Assembly (NCBI GenBank): GCA_013265495.1
Contig: MU060965.1
Location: 310,001-374,000 of the forward strand
Reading direction: 5' to 3'
DNA length: 64,000 nt
Origin: Vicugna vicugna
Taxonomy: Eukaryota
Position numbers and translations under genes: made by a program. The notes beneath the pieces were generated by a model that was not told the DNA's origin, did no database searches, and was given only the letters and a program-made list of their open reading frames with translations. Below are positions 47,384 to 60,010 of the stretch, one piece after another (position 1 is the stretch's first letter; each line of letters begins with the position of its first letter).

Positions 47384-48211
47384 TCAGAATAAGAACCTTT
47401 TCATTTTCAATGGAATTGTCTTTGATTAAAGTCCTACCAAGGAAGTATGTTTTAAAACCTTGCAACCTGTGTCTCAGCACGAGTTTGTGAGCAGCAGAAC
47501 CCGAACTGACCCCCAGCAGGCCGGAGATGAGAGGGCTGCCCCGGGGCGGAACCCGGCCGCAGGGTCTGTCGTCGGCCAGCTCCTCTGTCAGAGGAGGGGC
47601 GGGTGACAACCCAAGGTTTAGGAATACAGAGGCGTCCTCGAGAAGGGCCAGCTGAGGAATGTGAAACGGGCGGCTCCTATGACGGTCAGAGTGGTCAGCG
47701 TGGGGAGGGGGTGCCACACCGTCTCTTCCCACCATGAGCCATCTGGACCAGCTTTTAACCCTGTGTGTGTTGCTTTGATAATTTTTAAAGATTTTTAAAC
47801 GGGAGGAAAGGAAGGGCTATCACTTTGAGGATGTTTTAGTCAATTAACTTCCTGGTCACTTGTCTTTTCTTCACATGGATCAAAAATGACTTTTGGTGAC
47901 AAAGTAAGACACAGACAAGCTGGAATGCCCTTTTTCTTTCTTGGTTAATCTATTCCTATTAATTTAGACATTTAGGGGAACAGGGATCACGTGCACTTAT
48001 TTGTCGCACACACGTGCGACAATTTCAAGAGAAAGGGAACGCAGAGCCTTTCTGGAAGGATCGGAGGTGTCAGTCAGGGACAGGGGGCCCAGGCCACCAC
48101 AGGGCTATTCCTCCTGGGTTTCCAGTGCGCCCGCAGGCGACTCAGCCCGTGGCCGACCACACACTACTGTGAAGTCCATCGACCTCCTCAGAGCCGAGCA
48201 GGGGCACTTAC

Positions 48212-48312
48212 CAACAGCATCTTCACGGGGAGCAGGTATATCAGGACCATCCGCTTGTTCTTCTGGCTCAAACGGTGGCAGTGCTCGAAGGCAAAGGACA
48301 GGTACTCCTCGG
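48212..48312 (-). CDS. PCID2: PCID2 exon 10
   Basis: 101 nt, [33 protein letters not shown]. Confidence 0.97.
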
Positions 48313-48532
48313 CTGCAGAGATGCCGCGGCCCGGCAGTCAGCCATCCCCGCCCCGCCTGCGCCTCGTGCCGCCCCCCGCCGCCCCGAGAAAGGCCCCAGA
48401 GGTCTCAGAAACCATGACTGTCCACCACTGACGCCAACACATCACTTCCTGCTGTGCTGGGTATTCAAGAACACCACCCCAGGGATATTCAGGGGAAACA
48501 CAGCAATATCTTCAGGGACTTCAGCTGACACA

Positions 48533-48689
48533 CAGGTGACCCTTGAACAGCGCGTCAGGTCCGCTGATACACAGACTTTTTCAGCAGTAAAAACCAAATC
48601 CTGCAGGCCCGTGGCTGGCTGAACCCACGCATGGGGAGGAACCACGGATGCAGAGGGGATTAACCTCGCTGTTGTTCAAGGGTCAACTG
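48533..48689. mobile_element. internally deleted Tigger (TcMar) element with both TIRs
   Basis: Left CAGGTGACCCTTGAACA, right TGTTCAAGGGTCAACTG followed by TA; left TSD decayed to CA. Confidence 0.85.
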
Positions 48690-49442
48690 TAATTTAAAGC
48701 TTCTATTCTCATGCTTGATACATCAAGGGAAAGAAAAAAGATGGGGGATAACCAAGGAAGCCCTTCTTCGGGAGCTGCAGTGCTATTGCAAATGCTGTGA
48801 AAGAGAATGAGAAGCTGGTCTGCAGAACCTTGTACAACAAGGACCACGACTCCCACGGAGGCCATGCTTTGCCCTCAGAGGCCCGCGGCCTCCAACGCAC
48901 GGAGAGAAAAGCACTCCTGTGCCTCGTGTGGCCTGACGTCATGCTGCTCCGTGCACACAAACTGCTGGAAAGCGAGTGTGAAGTCTGGTCCGAGGGCGAC
49001 AGAAGGAATCGTAAGCCTCCTGCCAGCCACTCCAAAAGTTCAACAAGGAAAAAAAAATGGCTTCCTGTTCTTGAGAAAGCTAGCGACACAGACCACAGAA
49101 GATGACTTCAGGAAAGCACACCCCCCCACGCCCGGTGCCCACGGGCCCCCCAGTGGCCAAGGGGACATGGATGACAGGCTCTGCACAGAGGGTGCAGCTC
49201 AGTTGCCACCCACAGAGAGGGACAGGGTGGGCGCCGTCTCTCGGACCAGTGTGCGGAGAGAAACTTCCAACGGGCCTTCCCTTTATGCAACCAACTTTGG
49301 TGTCAAAAATTAAAAAAGAAACCCAGCGTGGCTGTGGATGGTGCCTGAACTCCACCTGCAGCAAGAACTGTGCTTTCCGAGGCTGCCCCTTGGGTCGCTC
49401 AGAGGCAAGGTCCTTACAAGCCGAAAAAGAGCGAGGACACAC

Positions 49443-49584
49443 CTTGCTTAAAGTCGCTGTCGAACATGGCCTTCCGGCCGACGTAGTACCTGTAGGTCAC
49501 CCTCTGGGCGGTGCTGTAGCCATCCTTCAGGTTCGAGCTGTCGATGGCCCGGATCAGGGGCTTGCACAAGTGGAGCTTGTTGAT
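49443..49584 (-). CDS. PCID2: PCID2 exon 9
   Basis: 142 nt, [47 protein letters not shown]. Confidence 0.97.
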
Positions 49585-50105
49585 CTGCAGGGACAGCCCG
49601 TTCTGAGCGTTGTCTTGACAGCCAGCTTCTGGCTCCTACGTACATGCCTCCTCGGAGTGGGACTTACATCCTCAGGACTGACTACTTCACAATAAAATGA
49701 AGGACACGGCCGCTCGGGCTGGACCACACCCACTCCGGAAGGCCCACCGCGGGGCTGGGTCCTAGCGCCCCTCGCCTGACTTCCTCCCCCGAGGGGCCAG
49801 ACGGACCAGGGCCTGCAGCTCCCCCCTCAGGGTCAGGCTCCGGAGCAGAAACCCAGTCCCGCTACGCCCGCGCCTGGTTTCCTGGGAGCTGGGCACCTGC
49901 CTCCCACGGGGGGGTTTAACAAGAGGACGCATGCACAGCACTGGCAGCAGTCCCCGCACCGCGCGGATGTTCAGGGTCTTGCACGTGGCAAGGTGCTGTC
50001 CAGTCCCCAACAATGCTGGGGGCCGCTGATAATGAACAGAAACGGGATCTGCAAGACGGGCAGAAAGAAAACCTAAGACACACAAAGTAGTCAAACAGAA
50101 GGTAC

Positions 50106-50181
50106 CTTGAAATAAATCTTGAATAACTGATTCACCAGAAACAGCATCCCCCACTTCTTTGAATCCTCTATGCCAGCACGA
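50106..50181 (-). CDS. PCID2: PCID2 exon 8
   Basis: 76 nt, [25 protein letters not shown]. Confidence 0.97.
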
Positions 50182-51479
50182 CTACAAGAAAATAATTTTT
50201 TTAAGTTACACAGAAAATGAAAATTTTATTTATAAATCACAAAATAAACTTCCTAAACAAATTAACATCTTGAGATAAAATCCCACAGGTCAGGTCATAC
50301 TCATGAAATAAAATAACATTATGAAAGATGTCTCCTCTAATGGGTAAACTTGAAGAGACCAGACCAGGAGCTCTAACACCAGCTACGTGTCTGGGTGCTA
50401 CATCCCCCGCCGCAGCAGATGAAAGCTGCTTAGTTTGCAAGAACATTACGTAAAAGCTAACTGTCACAAAGCATTTGTGAGAAATGGAAGAACTATTTTT
50501 CTCTGATCATTGCAAGACTACTGAAACACAGCACAAAGTGGATGAATATCGGACATACAGGATCCAGAGCACACACAGTGTGGGTCCAGGTGTGTGAAGT
50601 CACCAAACAGGCAGAGCTGCTGGGAAGGGGACCGTCCAGAGGCGGGATGAGGGACACCTCTGGGCAGCAATGTCCTACAGCTCTACAGGGGTTCACTGGA
50701 CATCCATTTGCCCTCAAAACACAAGAGAGAAACTGACATGTTTAGGGAAGAGTTCACTGATGACCATAATTAATTTTGAAATGCATCTGAAACAAAAAAA
50801 AAGAGGAAAGAAAAGCAGACAGATGTGCACAGCAGGGAGGACACGCGGACAGCCGCAAAGCCCTGTGGCGAAACGCTAACGCCCGAGTGGTGAGTGTGCA
50901 GGTATTTGTGTGAAGTCGCTTCAGCTTTGCTGGGTGTTTGAAAATTTTCAGGATAACACGTTGGAGGTAATTCAGGGCCGAACCCGCCCACGTTGGCTGC
51001 GAGCAGACCTTCTCTGGGGCGCCTGGACCCTGGGTGGCAGTGTAGCGAGAGGGCTGAGGCGGCTCCTGGAATCACTAAGTCCGGAGCATGAAGTCAAAGC
51101 ACTTGAGATAAGAGGCCCAGAAAGGAAGTGAGCTGACCGTCCTTGTACAAGTGCCTCCTAAGACCAACGTGGGCCCGGACAGAGGCGCTCAAGGGCAGTC
51201 AGAATACGGAGGTCAGCTTCGTGGCTGACGGCCGGCCCCGCTGTGCATCGGAGACGGGCAGTACCACCTCTGCACCAGCCTCAGAGCGCGGCATGGCAGG
51301 CAAGTCGGTGAGGAAGGGGACGGCCACAGAGCACTGTACCCGTGGTCCCGCCCCCACCAGTCTGGCATTGGGACAGTGACCTCTTCTGCAGACCCGAGAA
51401 GGGAGGTCAGCTGCGTGGGCCCTGCTCTGTCTGGAGGGAGGGGCCGCCGGGCTGCTCTGCAAAGTGGTGGGGCCACGGC

Positions 51480-51930
51480 CCCGCCAGCAGCAGCCCCGCC
51501 CCCGCCCGCACTTGGACCCCAGCCATCTCGGGGGCGCAGCATGCCTCACGGTGGCCTGGACCCGTGCTCCCTGGGTGATCAATGGTGTTCAGCGTCTCTT
51601 CCTGTGCTTGCCAGCCGCTCTTGTGCCTTCTTGGCAGAAACGTCCAGCCTAATCCTCTGCCCACTTTAAACCAGGTCTTGTGGCTTTGTCTTGCTGAGCT
51701 GTAACAGCCTTCATATATGCTGGGTGCTGGACCCTTACTACTATTTGTGATTTTTTCCCCCATTCCATGGGCGTTTTTTCCACTTTTTTGACAGTGTCCT
51801 TTGAAGCAACAAAATTTAAATTCTGATGAAGCCCAATTAACTTATCTATTTCTTGTTAGGTCATTCGTGACTTTGGTGTCACCTCCAAGAAAAGCACTGT
51901 CAGACCCAGGGTCAAGCTGATCACGCTGTG
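51480..51930 (-). mobile_element. old L1 (L1M) fragment
   Basis: Antisense L1 motifs GTGTCCTTTGAAGCAACAAAATTTAAATTCTGATGAAGCCCAATT and CTTTGGTGTCACCTCCAAGAA; boundaries approximate. Confidence 0.7.
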
Positions 51931-52389
51931 CGGGAGCACACCCTCGGGAAGGGCCCTGCATACCTGCGGCTGTTGACTGAGCGCTGGCGGCGTGAGGGCC
52001 GCTCTGTGAGAGCAACCTGCATGCCCTCACGGACGCAGCAACCTAGCGATCGCCATCCAGATACGGACTTTCTCTAAGGGCAGTGAACACCAGCACCATC
52101 TGCTGGGAGGGATCATGAAAGGAGGCTTTGGTGGGGAGACACGCTGGAGGGGCGGCCAGCTCTGGGAGGGGCAGTGCCGGGTTCGCTGACAACGGTGTGA
52201 AGTCCAGTGCTGGTGGGACCGTTGAGGTGGGGACAGAGTGATGAGAAGCGAGAAGCTGGAACGCTTTCTGGGAACAGTAGATTTTGTTTATTTGGATATG
52301 GAAAGCTTTGCTTTCTCTTTGCTTTGCAATTTCTAAAACTCCCAATTAACTAGGCATGATTTTATGATGGGTGAAGAGACAGCATTTCG

Positions 52390-52945
52390 AGAGAAAAACA
52401 AACTCCAAAGTAGAATCAGATGGAGGGTCTAGAACTAAAAAAATGAGTAACGGCAGAAATAAATAGTGGTGGACGAGGTCAGTCAGCCTGAAAACAGGTC
52501 AGTACAAATGACCCCAGGGAAGAACTGAAAAGTACACAGAGGCCCCAGGCCCTGTGGAGTAACATCATGAGTCCAACATACACACACCTGGAGTCAGACT
52601 CGAGGAGAAGAGAATGAAGGGGGCCCAACAGTAGATAAAGAATGAATATAAAAGCTAAAAGATTTATAACCTAACAACAGGCATCAAGTTACAGATCCAA
52701 GAAGCTGAATGAACCCCAAACGGGAAATACAAAGACAGGCAGGCACGTCTGCCAAGTGACTGAGCCGAGGGAAGACTCGGCGGCAGAGGAAGCGCCAGCA
52801 GCTCCCAGGAAGCAGGTGAGGGAGAGCTGGCTTCCCGTCCAAACAGGCAGCCCGGTGGGATGACGTCCTAAAGTGCTAAAAACGGCCAATCTAGAATTCT
52901 CCACCTAGCAGAAAGGTCCTTCCAAGATGCAGGCAAGAGAAGGAC
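52390..52945 (+). mobile_element. old L1 ORF1 remnant
   Basis: CAGATCCAAGAAGCTGAATGAACCCCAAA and CAATCTAGAATTCTCCACCTAGCAGAAAGGTCCTTC resemble the L1 ORF1 C-terminal region. Confidence 0.7.
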
Positions 52946-53174
52946 GGTTCAGCCAGATGCAAGTGTCCAGAAGCCACCCAGGGAGCAGGCCTACAGGGCG
53001 AAGCCTTCTGCAGGGGGCGGGGCTGAGGGAGCGTGGCTAGGCGAGAAAGACATTCTTCCCTCTGACTAGCTCATGCAACAAGGGACTCTTTAAAGCGGCC
53101 GGGGCCCTGGGGGCGCGGGGGCCAAGGTGGGACGAAGGGGGTGGGGTGGTGTGGAGCTGGGAGGGTCGAACTCA

Positions 53175-53315
<141 letters not shown>

Positions 53316-53984
53316 CTAGATTCCTTAGTTAAAAAGAAAGTCACACACAAAAAAAGAAAAAAAGACAGTCACAGCACACTTAAGAGCAAAGACAGCACAA
53401 CGGAGAAGCGCCCAGGATATCTGGGCGAGGTTGCCGGCTCAGAGCCACAAACCCAGGAGCCCAGAGCGCAGGCCTCCTCCTCCGCAAACCAGCTGACCCA
53501 GGCTCACCCGTCCACTGGCCTCTGCGGCCTGTGATGCCTGTGACCATGTGCTGCGGGAAAGCCTTTCCTTATTTGGTCATGAACCCCCATCTCCCACGCA
53601 CAGCCATCAGAACCCTTGATGCGCCCATTTCCAGCAGGTTCCAGTCACCACCAAGGCTGACAGTCCCCCATTTTCAGGACCTCCCAGTTAAAGAAGGACC
53701 TGCTTCTCTGGCTCACGTCCCCCTCACCCTCAACATGACTGGGCTCTCAGCCGGTGTCTGTGAAGCCTGGGGGCCCGCAGGACACCTGCACGTGAGCCAC
53801 ACAATCAGAACCACGTTCCTGGCAACGTGAAGCCGTTCTCTCTTTCCTGTATCGAGTTTGTGCTGATGGTGGGGAGACAACTGCCAGTGAGGCTTCTAGG
53901 GGCTTCCCAGCGCCCAGAACAGAGCTCGCAGCCACGGCGACCTTAACACCACACCTGCATCCTCCAGCCAGCCAGCCGACGAAG

Positions 53985-54450
53985 CTGACTTCACTTTAAA
54001 GTGTCCTTGACGACGCACTGCAGAGTAACGTCATTCAGTCTTGGTCCTCGATGCTGCATTTTCAGCAGCTTCGTGACGGAGCAGGAGGCATGCACACAGC
54101 ACGTCTGTCCCAAGGAAAAGCACCAGGCCACTGCGGGGCTGCAAGCTGGCCCGGGGAACGGAGTGCCACAGGGCCTGGCGAACCGGCGCCACCTCGGGAT
54201 GGTGAGCGAAACAAGCCTGTCACTCCAAGCAAAGTGACAACACCTGCGCCTTCAAGAAAAACTTAGAATACTGGAAAACTTGTATCGACCACCAAGAGCC
54301 TGGCAGCTTTCCACTGCTTCACGGCTGTCCTGACGAGGTCGCTGGAGGTGTTAACAAATGTAGAGTTTTCTAGTTTTCGGTTTTTTTGCATAATGAAACA
54401 TGTCAACATTTGGAACAGCTGCATAACTCAGTGCGCAGAAACTTCCCTTG
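53985..54450 (+). mobile_element. Charlie1 (hAT) transposase remnant in PCID2 intron 6
   Basis: Collinear blocks match recalled Charlie1 ORF: GTCCCAAGGAAAAGCAC, AGCCTGTCACTCCAAG, TTAGAATACTGGAAAACTTGTATC, TGTCAACATTTGGAACAGCTGCATAACTCAGTG. Confidence 0.75.
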
Positions 54451-55050
54451 CTGTAGGGAGGGCCTGCAGTGGAATGCTCCACGCGGTCTGTCCTGCCAGC
54501 TGCCTCCTCTGCCCACCCTCCTGGGTTGCACCATCTCTGTCTGTCAGGGGTCCTGGGCTTCAGGCTTCTCCAGGGTGCAGTCCACGACACATAGGAGGCA
54601 AGAAGGAAACGCAGGGAACTCGCCTCCCAGAGCCACGCTAGCCTCAAAACTCCCAGCAGGAGGGACGGGAGCATGTTTGCTCTGTCTCGTCCAGAATCGG
54701 AGGTCATCAATAGTTTTCAAAACCGTAAAGGGCGTCAGGACCCAAGCGCTGAGAACCGCTGCTCCCAATCTGGCTTCTGCCGACCCTCGCAGGGAAGCTA
54801 CCCCATAAAGTTCCGAATCTTCGCCCCTCACACCAGAGAAGCCCTGAGCCACCCGAATCCGCATCAGGGTGGAACCCTGTAGGACAGGGACAGTACATTC
54901 TCACAGCAGATCAGACCCAGGCTCACTCGCCTGCTGTCAGGCCGTTCCCCCATGCTCTCCACACCGGACACACCCCAACCCCACTAGCCCCTCTGAACTC
55001 TTGGAAAGGATGGCTTAAGAGGGAGCAGAAGACAGAGACGCTGAACTTAC

Positions 55051-55105
55051 ATTATTGGCAAACACCCGGAGGTCAAGCGCCACGGCGTACATGACCGGCA
55101 GGGCC
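55051..55105 (-). CDS. PCID2: PCID2 exon 6
   Basis: 55 nt, ALPVMYAVALDLRVFANN. Confidence 0.96.
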
Positions 55106-55990
55106 CTGCAGCAGAGAAGCACGTCTGAGGTCAGGGTCCGGTTCCCCCAGGGCAATGCCCACAACGCCCCCTGCCCCCCTCGCTGGCTGCTGCTGTCTCC
55201 CTCAGCCCCTCGGGGCAGGCTGCAGTGCCAGGAGTTCCACACCCACTGCCCCCGACCCCCTAAATCCGGGGGCTTCAGCCCCCACGGCACCTCCTCACAC
55301 TGTGCCAAGGCTCCCTTCCCACCCCGGCTCCCACCCCCATCTAAACAGCTCCTCCAGAACAGGATGTGGCTCACAATGACTTCCTAACAGGACCTGATGT
55401 ACAGACCAGCCAAAATGCCATAAATGACTTTTTACTCCAACTGGCAGTGCTGGTTTTTTGTGTAAGGTAAATCTTCACTTAAAAGGGTTGCTTCTGTTTA
55501 AAGTAAAAGGTATTTGCAAGCCTTCAGTTACTTTAGTATAAACAAACTTCCAGTATTTACCTAGGTTGTTAATAAATCATAAAGCGGTTTATCAATGAAT
55601 TAAAAATAACCCAATTACTATATATTCTAGTGCCCAAGTGAACTGTAGTTGATCTACATCTTTTATCCAAGTTTAAAAACAAAAGAAAGTTCAAAATTGA
55701 CAATTAAAGGGAAAAATAATATCTAATTAACATGTTGGGGTATGGAAGGGCTAAAATAAAAACAATACTTCGTATTTACAGACGCACACTGCAAACCACC
55801 TGACAGAACTGCCATTCAAACCCACACTGCGAGCCCACCCCGTGTTGACGCTGTCATGTCAACACGTGACATTGAATACTGGCAGAGGAAACACAACGTG
55901 TGCTTACTTAGAGTAAATTTTTTAAAAGCTTCTCATAAAAAAAAAAGAAAAGCCATTTGCCAACTTCCAGCTGTCTCTGTCCGTACTTAC

Positions 55991-56032
55991 CAGTTCTCTT
56001 CTTTGTGGGCCTGAAAGGCCCGTAGGAATGAT
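55991..56032 (-). CDS. PCID2: PCID2 exon 5
   Basis: 42 nt, SFLRAFQAHKEEN, AC| acceptor, |GTAAGT donor. Confidence 0.95.
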
Positions 56033-56961
56033 GTAAAATATTAAGGAAGGTCTGACTGACAAAACTGAAGTAATGCTACCAGTGACGGAGTAAAAAGCAA
56101 GAAGGTTCTCAGCTGTAATGGGAGCAGCTCGCCATTCAGAAGATGATGGAGCCTGGCAGTCAGTTCCTGAAGGAGAAGAGCCCAGGAGCCCATGGTCCAG
56201 ACACCCGAGCACTGTGCGCTGTGAGCACAGTCCGTGCACTTACTTCATGCGCACTCTGTCCGGAGCAAGAAAAGACTACTGTTCTAAGTCGGCAACTTCG
56301 CACATTTTACCCAGTGTCTCTGGGCCCGGGTGATCACACGTTACATGCAATGTGCTTCAGGACCTGGACTGTAAAGTTTATTTCATCAATTACAGAGTTC
56401 TTGAATTCAAAGGAGACTTAGCTGGTTAGTAATCAATTCTCTTCTGTGTATTAATTAAGCAAGACGGTTAAAAAATAAGCAACTAAAGCCTGGAGATACG
56501 TGTAAACGTGGGAACATGCACCGACTAGGGCCTGAGCCTTGAGACAGCGCTTACATGGCTGAAGTCAGAAAATGGCCTGGTCCCAGCGCCAGCACCACGA
56601 CTAAATGATGCGTGTTGTGTCTACTCTTCCATCTACACCTGAACCAGGGGTCCTCGTATTTCTCCAAGGGGACCAGCCCATCCCTGTAACTATACCAAAT
56701 GCTTTAAAGGCAACAAATATTATTCTTCACAATAGAATTAAACAAAATCCTTAACCATAATCAGTGTTCCTCCCTACTGTATGTCACTGGACGGTCTTAA
56801 GGTCCATGCTAAATTTAAGTACCTGAGTGAAACAGATTAAGTTTTTCTTTCAAAGGTTTTGCTCCTTTCTAATTAAAGGTATGGCTGAAAGGGGCCCCAT
56901 GCTTCAAGCACCCAGCTGCATCCGTGACACACTGAACAGTAGTGCAGCTGACAAAGGATAT
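56033..56961 (-). other. PCID2: U12-type (minor spliceosome) AT-AC intron, PCID2 intron 4
   Basis: 5'ss ATATCCTTT, branch point TTCCTTAAT (56040-56048) a few nt before the terminal AC; splicing here gives Q-SFLRAF in frame. Confidence 0.95.
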
Positions 56962-57027
56962 TGGACGATTACGGTCTGGCATTTGTACGCCTCGATGAAG
57001 TCGTGGTTGCTCACTGCGTATGTGCAC
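56962..57027 (-). CDS. PCID2: PCID2 exon 4
   Basis: 66 nt, [21 protein letters not shown]; followed by U12 donor ATATCCTTT. Confidence 0.95.
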
Positions 57028-58015
57028 CTGCAAAGGCAACGTGGAGCCTGAGGACTGATGGGACCACGGGCCTGCCCCCATCACAGCACCTGCTCTCGCC
57101 TGAGCCAGGGTCGAAGCTGGAGCTGCTGCTGGGCAGGTCATGAAGACGCCCACAAGTGACCTGGTGCAGGAGGAAACCCCGCAGCGTCCCGAGCCTGTTC
57201 CTTCAAGTCCTATGAGAAGCCGAGTTGCAGCAGGTTTCACAGTAACACACTAGTGGCCCCTTTGCAGCATCACGGGGCAGGCTAGGCACTCTAACCAGAC
57301 ATGGCAGAGTCCATCACCAAACCTAGAACCTCATCACACATTGCCCAGACTGAGGAAGTTGCAGTGAGCCCCATGCCACAAGGAACTCAGGGGCACCCCG
57401 TTTCCAGAGACCTGCCAGGGCTCCCAGGCCCCCACACCTTGCCCCGCAGCCCCGTCTGCTCAGAAACACTGGTGAGATGTGGGCAGGAGGACGATCAGGG
57501 GCTACACAATTCAGGACATGGGGCTTCGCCTGACGGGGCACGAGAGGCGGAGGCGGTAGATGTGACACCTGAGTAAAAAGCACTCCTTCATTTGCTCGGC
57601 CCTGTTCTGGTTTCTTTCCCAGAAAGGCAAAGAGGCCAAAAAATAGGCATTTCCATGGACACCCCAGGCGGGCCCTACACCCTACTGAACAGAAGACCAC
57701 GACCCCGCCAGCAGGACGCACATCACCGTCTATCCATAGCACTACACAGCGGCGCAGCAAGATGTGCGACCACACTCCCACTGTAACTTAAGAACATACA
57801 TGATCCCGGAAATGAAAACGCTTACTAAGATTTTAAAGTATTTTAAACTTCACAAAATTTTCACAGGTTTTACCAAAATGAAATTACAAACACACTTTTC
57901 TACTTTTTCAAAGGAGATTTTTCACTGCTTCAAGCATAAGATGATATTAAATAAAATCCCTAATCAATTCGGCCATTTCCAGATTCCCTCATTTTTCTTC
58001 CCACCCGTGGGTTAC

Positions 58016-58089
58016 CTTAAATGAGCTGCAAACATTTCGTCATAAGGGGGTTCCAAGACCTGCTGACACTTCTCTTCTGGGGAGGCCAA
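58016..58089 (-). CDS. PCID2: PCID2 exon 3
   Basis: 74 nt, LASPEEKCQQVLEPPYDEMFAAHL. Confidence 0.97.
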
Positions 58090-58524
58090 CTAAACAAGAA
58101 AAATGGCAAAAATAAAATGAACAGGGACAGAAAGGGTGCAATGTGTAGAAACGGATTTAGACAAACCTTTATTTCAAAAGAATTTACACCTTAGAGTTTA
58201 CAGTAACTTCGCACGTTAGCCCTTCTAAGTAAAGGCTCACGACTTCCACACAAGAACCACCAACGTAATAGTGCAGGAGAGGAACAGACTTTGTTCCGTC
58301 TTCCGCTGGCCAGGAAATAGTCTAGGCATATTCTTACACAGCTTAATGGTTAACAGCCGGCCAGTGGTTAATGAATGAACTGGAAGCAACACAAATCGTG
58401 CGGGAACTCTGCAATTACCAAACCAGAGTGGCAACATTCGTTTCCTTCTCACTCAAACGCTGAACTTCTCTTAGGAAGCAGGCGATGTGGAAACCCCCAG
58501 ACGCGTTAGGGCCCTGCCACCTAC

Positions 58525-58614
58525 CTGCAGCCGTGGGTTGGCAACGTGAGGATGCTTGAAAGACACCAGCTCTGCGCAGGACGCCCCGTCTCTGGTGTCA
58601 ATGGCTTCATAGAC
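58525..58614 (-). CDS. PCID2: PCID2 exon 2
   Basis: 90 nt, [30 protein letters not shown]. Confidence 0.97.
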
Positions 58615-59379
58615 CTGAGGCATTTGAAGATAAGCACTAAGAGGAAAATAAAGCCCCTGGTCCTCACAGGACCCAGATGACATACCATACTCCTCTAAAC
58701 TTCACTTTTCCCTACTCTGAAAGGAGTCAGAATAATCAAAAAGCAGCAAGTCAGTGCTCCTCAGCGAGCAATCACTGCATTTCAAGATGAGATCCTCTGG
58801 AGGCAAACTAGTGACTTACTATTAAAAACAATGAAAGAGCAGAATAAGCCAGTGGTTTATTATCTGTTTATTAATGAAGGTGAATTATTCTGATTTTACT
58901 AAGTCATACTAATAGACATCTGAAAATTCACTTATAAAGCTTATGGAAAAGAAAAGTTTAAAACCCACATATAACCAAAACTCAAAAGGCTTCTGCTCAA
59001 CCTAAATATAAAAAAAAAAAAGAGGGGAGGGGAATGGCCAAATAACTGTCACAGTCACACAACGGGACAAGTAAGTACAGGAAGAAATGCGGGGTCCAAG
59101 TGCCAAGATAATATTCATACACTAAACAGGCCGCACCAGATGATCCCGGCCAGTGGGATGGGAGCTGAGGGGCCGAGGAGATTTTTATTTCATGTATTTC
59201 TATACTAGAGGCCTGGATTACAGGAGACATTTTGTAATTAAAAACCAAATGATATTTTAAAATTTTATTTATCACAAAGCGACATAAAAATCCTAAGTGC
59301 AGGCAGAGCCAAGCACAAAACTGCACATACAGTATAATTTACCCACCATAAAATTAGATATGTAAACATTATGTACACG

Positions 59380-60010
59380 CAAGACTCTGGCCAGGGATGT
59401 CATAAAGAGGACACCCAAACAGCACACACACGAGAAGGTGCTCACACCACTACCCGCCAGCAAAATGCAACGAGAAACCCATACACCCACCAGCACAGTC
59501 AACACTGAAAGGCTGACCCATTAAGTGCTGCCAATAATACAAAGGAACAGGAACCCCCAGCCATTGCTAGTGGGAGGCGAGGAGGTACAGCCACTGGGGA
59601 ACACTGAGCATGCTCCTCTCCTGCCCAGGCATCCCTGGCCGCAAGGAAGCGGCTGCAACCCACAGGGACGGCAGGTGACCCAGTGCCTGGTCTGCTGACA
59701 TTCAGGGCAGCAGCTGGGAGAGCTCACACCACCTCAACTCAAACAAGTCACAGGATACAGAATCCGCCCCTTGACTATTCCACAAGGATGCACGCGCACT
59801 TACATCTGAGCAGCAATCCCACTCCTGAGGATCTACCGTACAAGAATCAAAAGATATTCGCGCAGGGCTGCTGTGGACGTGTTACACGTCATCACGAAAC
59901 ACACGCAATCAGTGTCCCTGTCTCAGGTAAACTGGCCAAGGCTGCCGTGGTTCCCGTTAAGGGTGTGTGAAGGAAACAGAAGGATGGCGACAGACGGGGC
60001 AAGTCTTAGA
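59380..60010 (+). mobile_element. old L1M ORF2 end/3'UTR fragment
   Basis: CATTGCTAGTGGGAGG..GGTACAGCCACT and CAGCAATCCCACTCCTGAGGATCTACC motifs. Confidence 0.7.
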
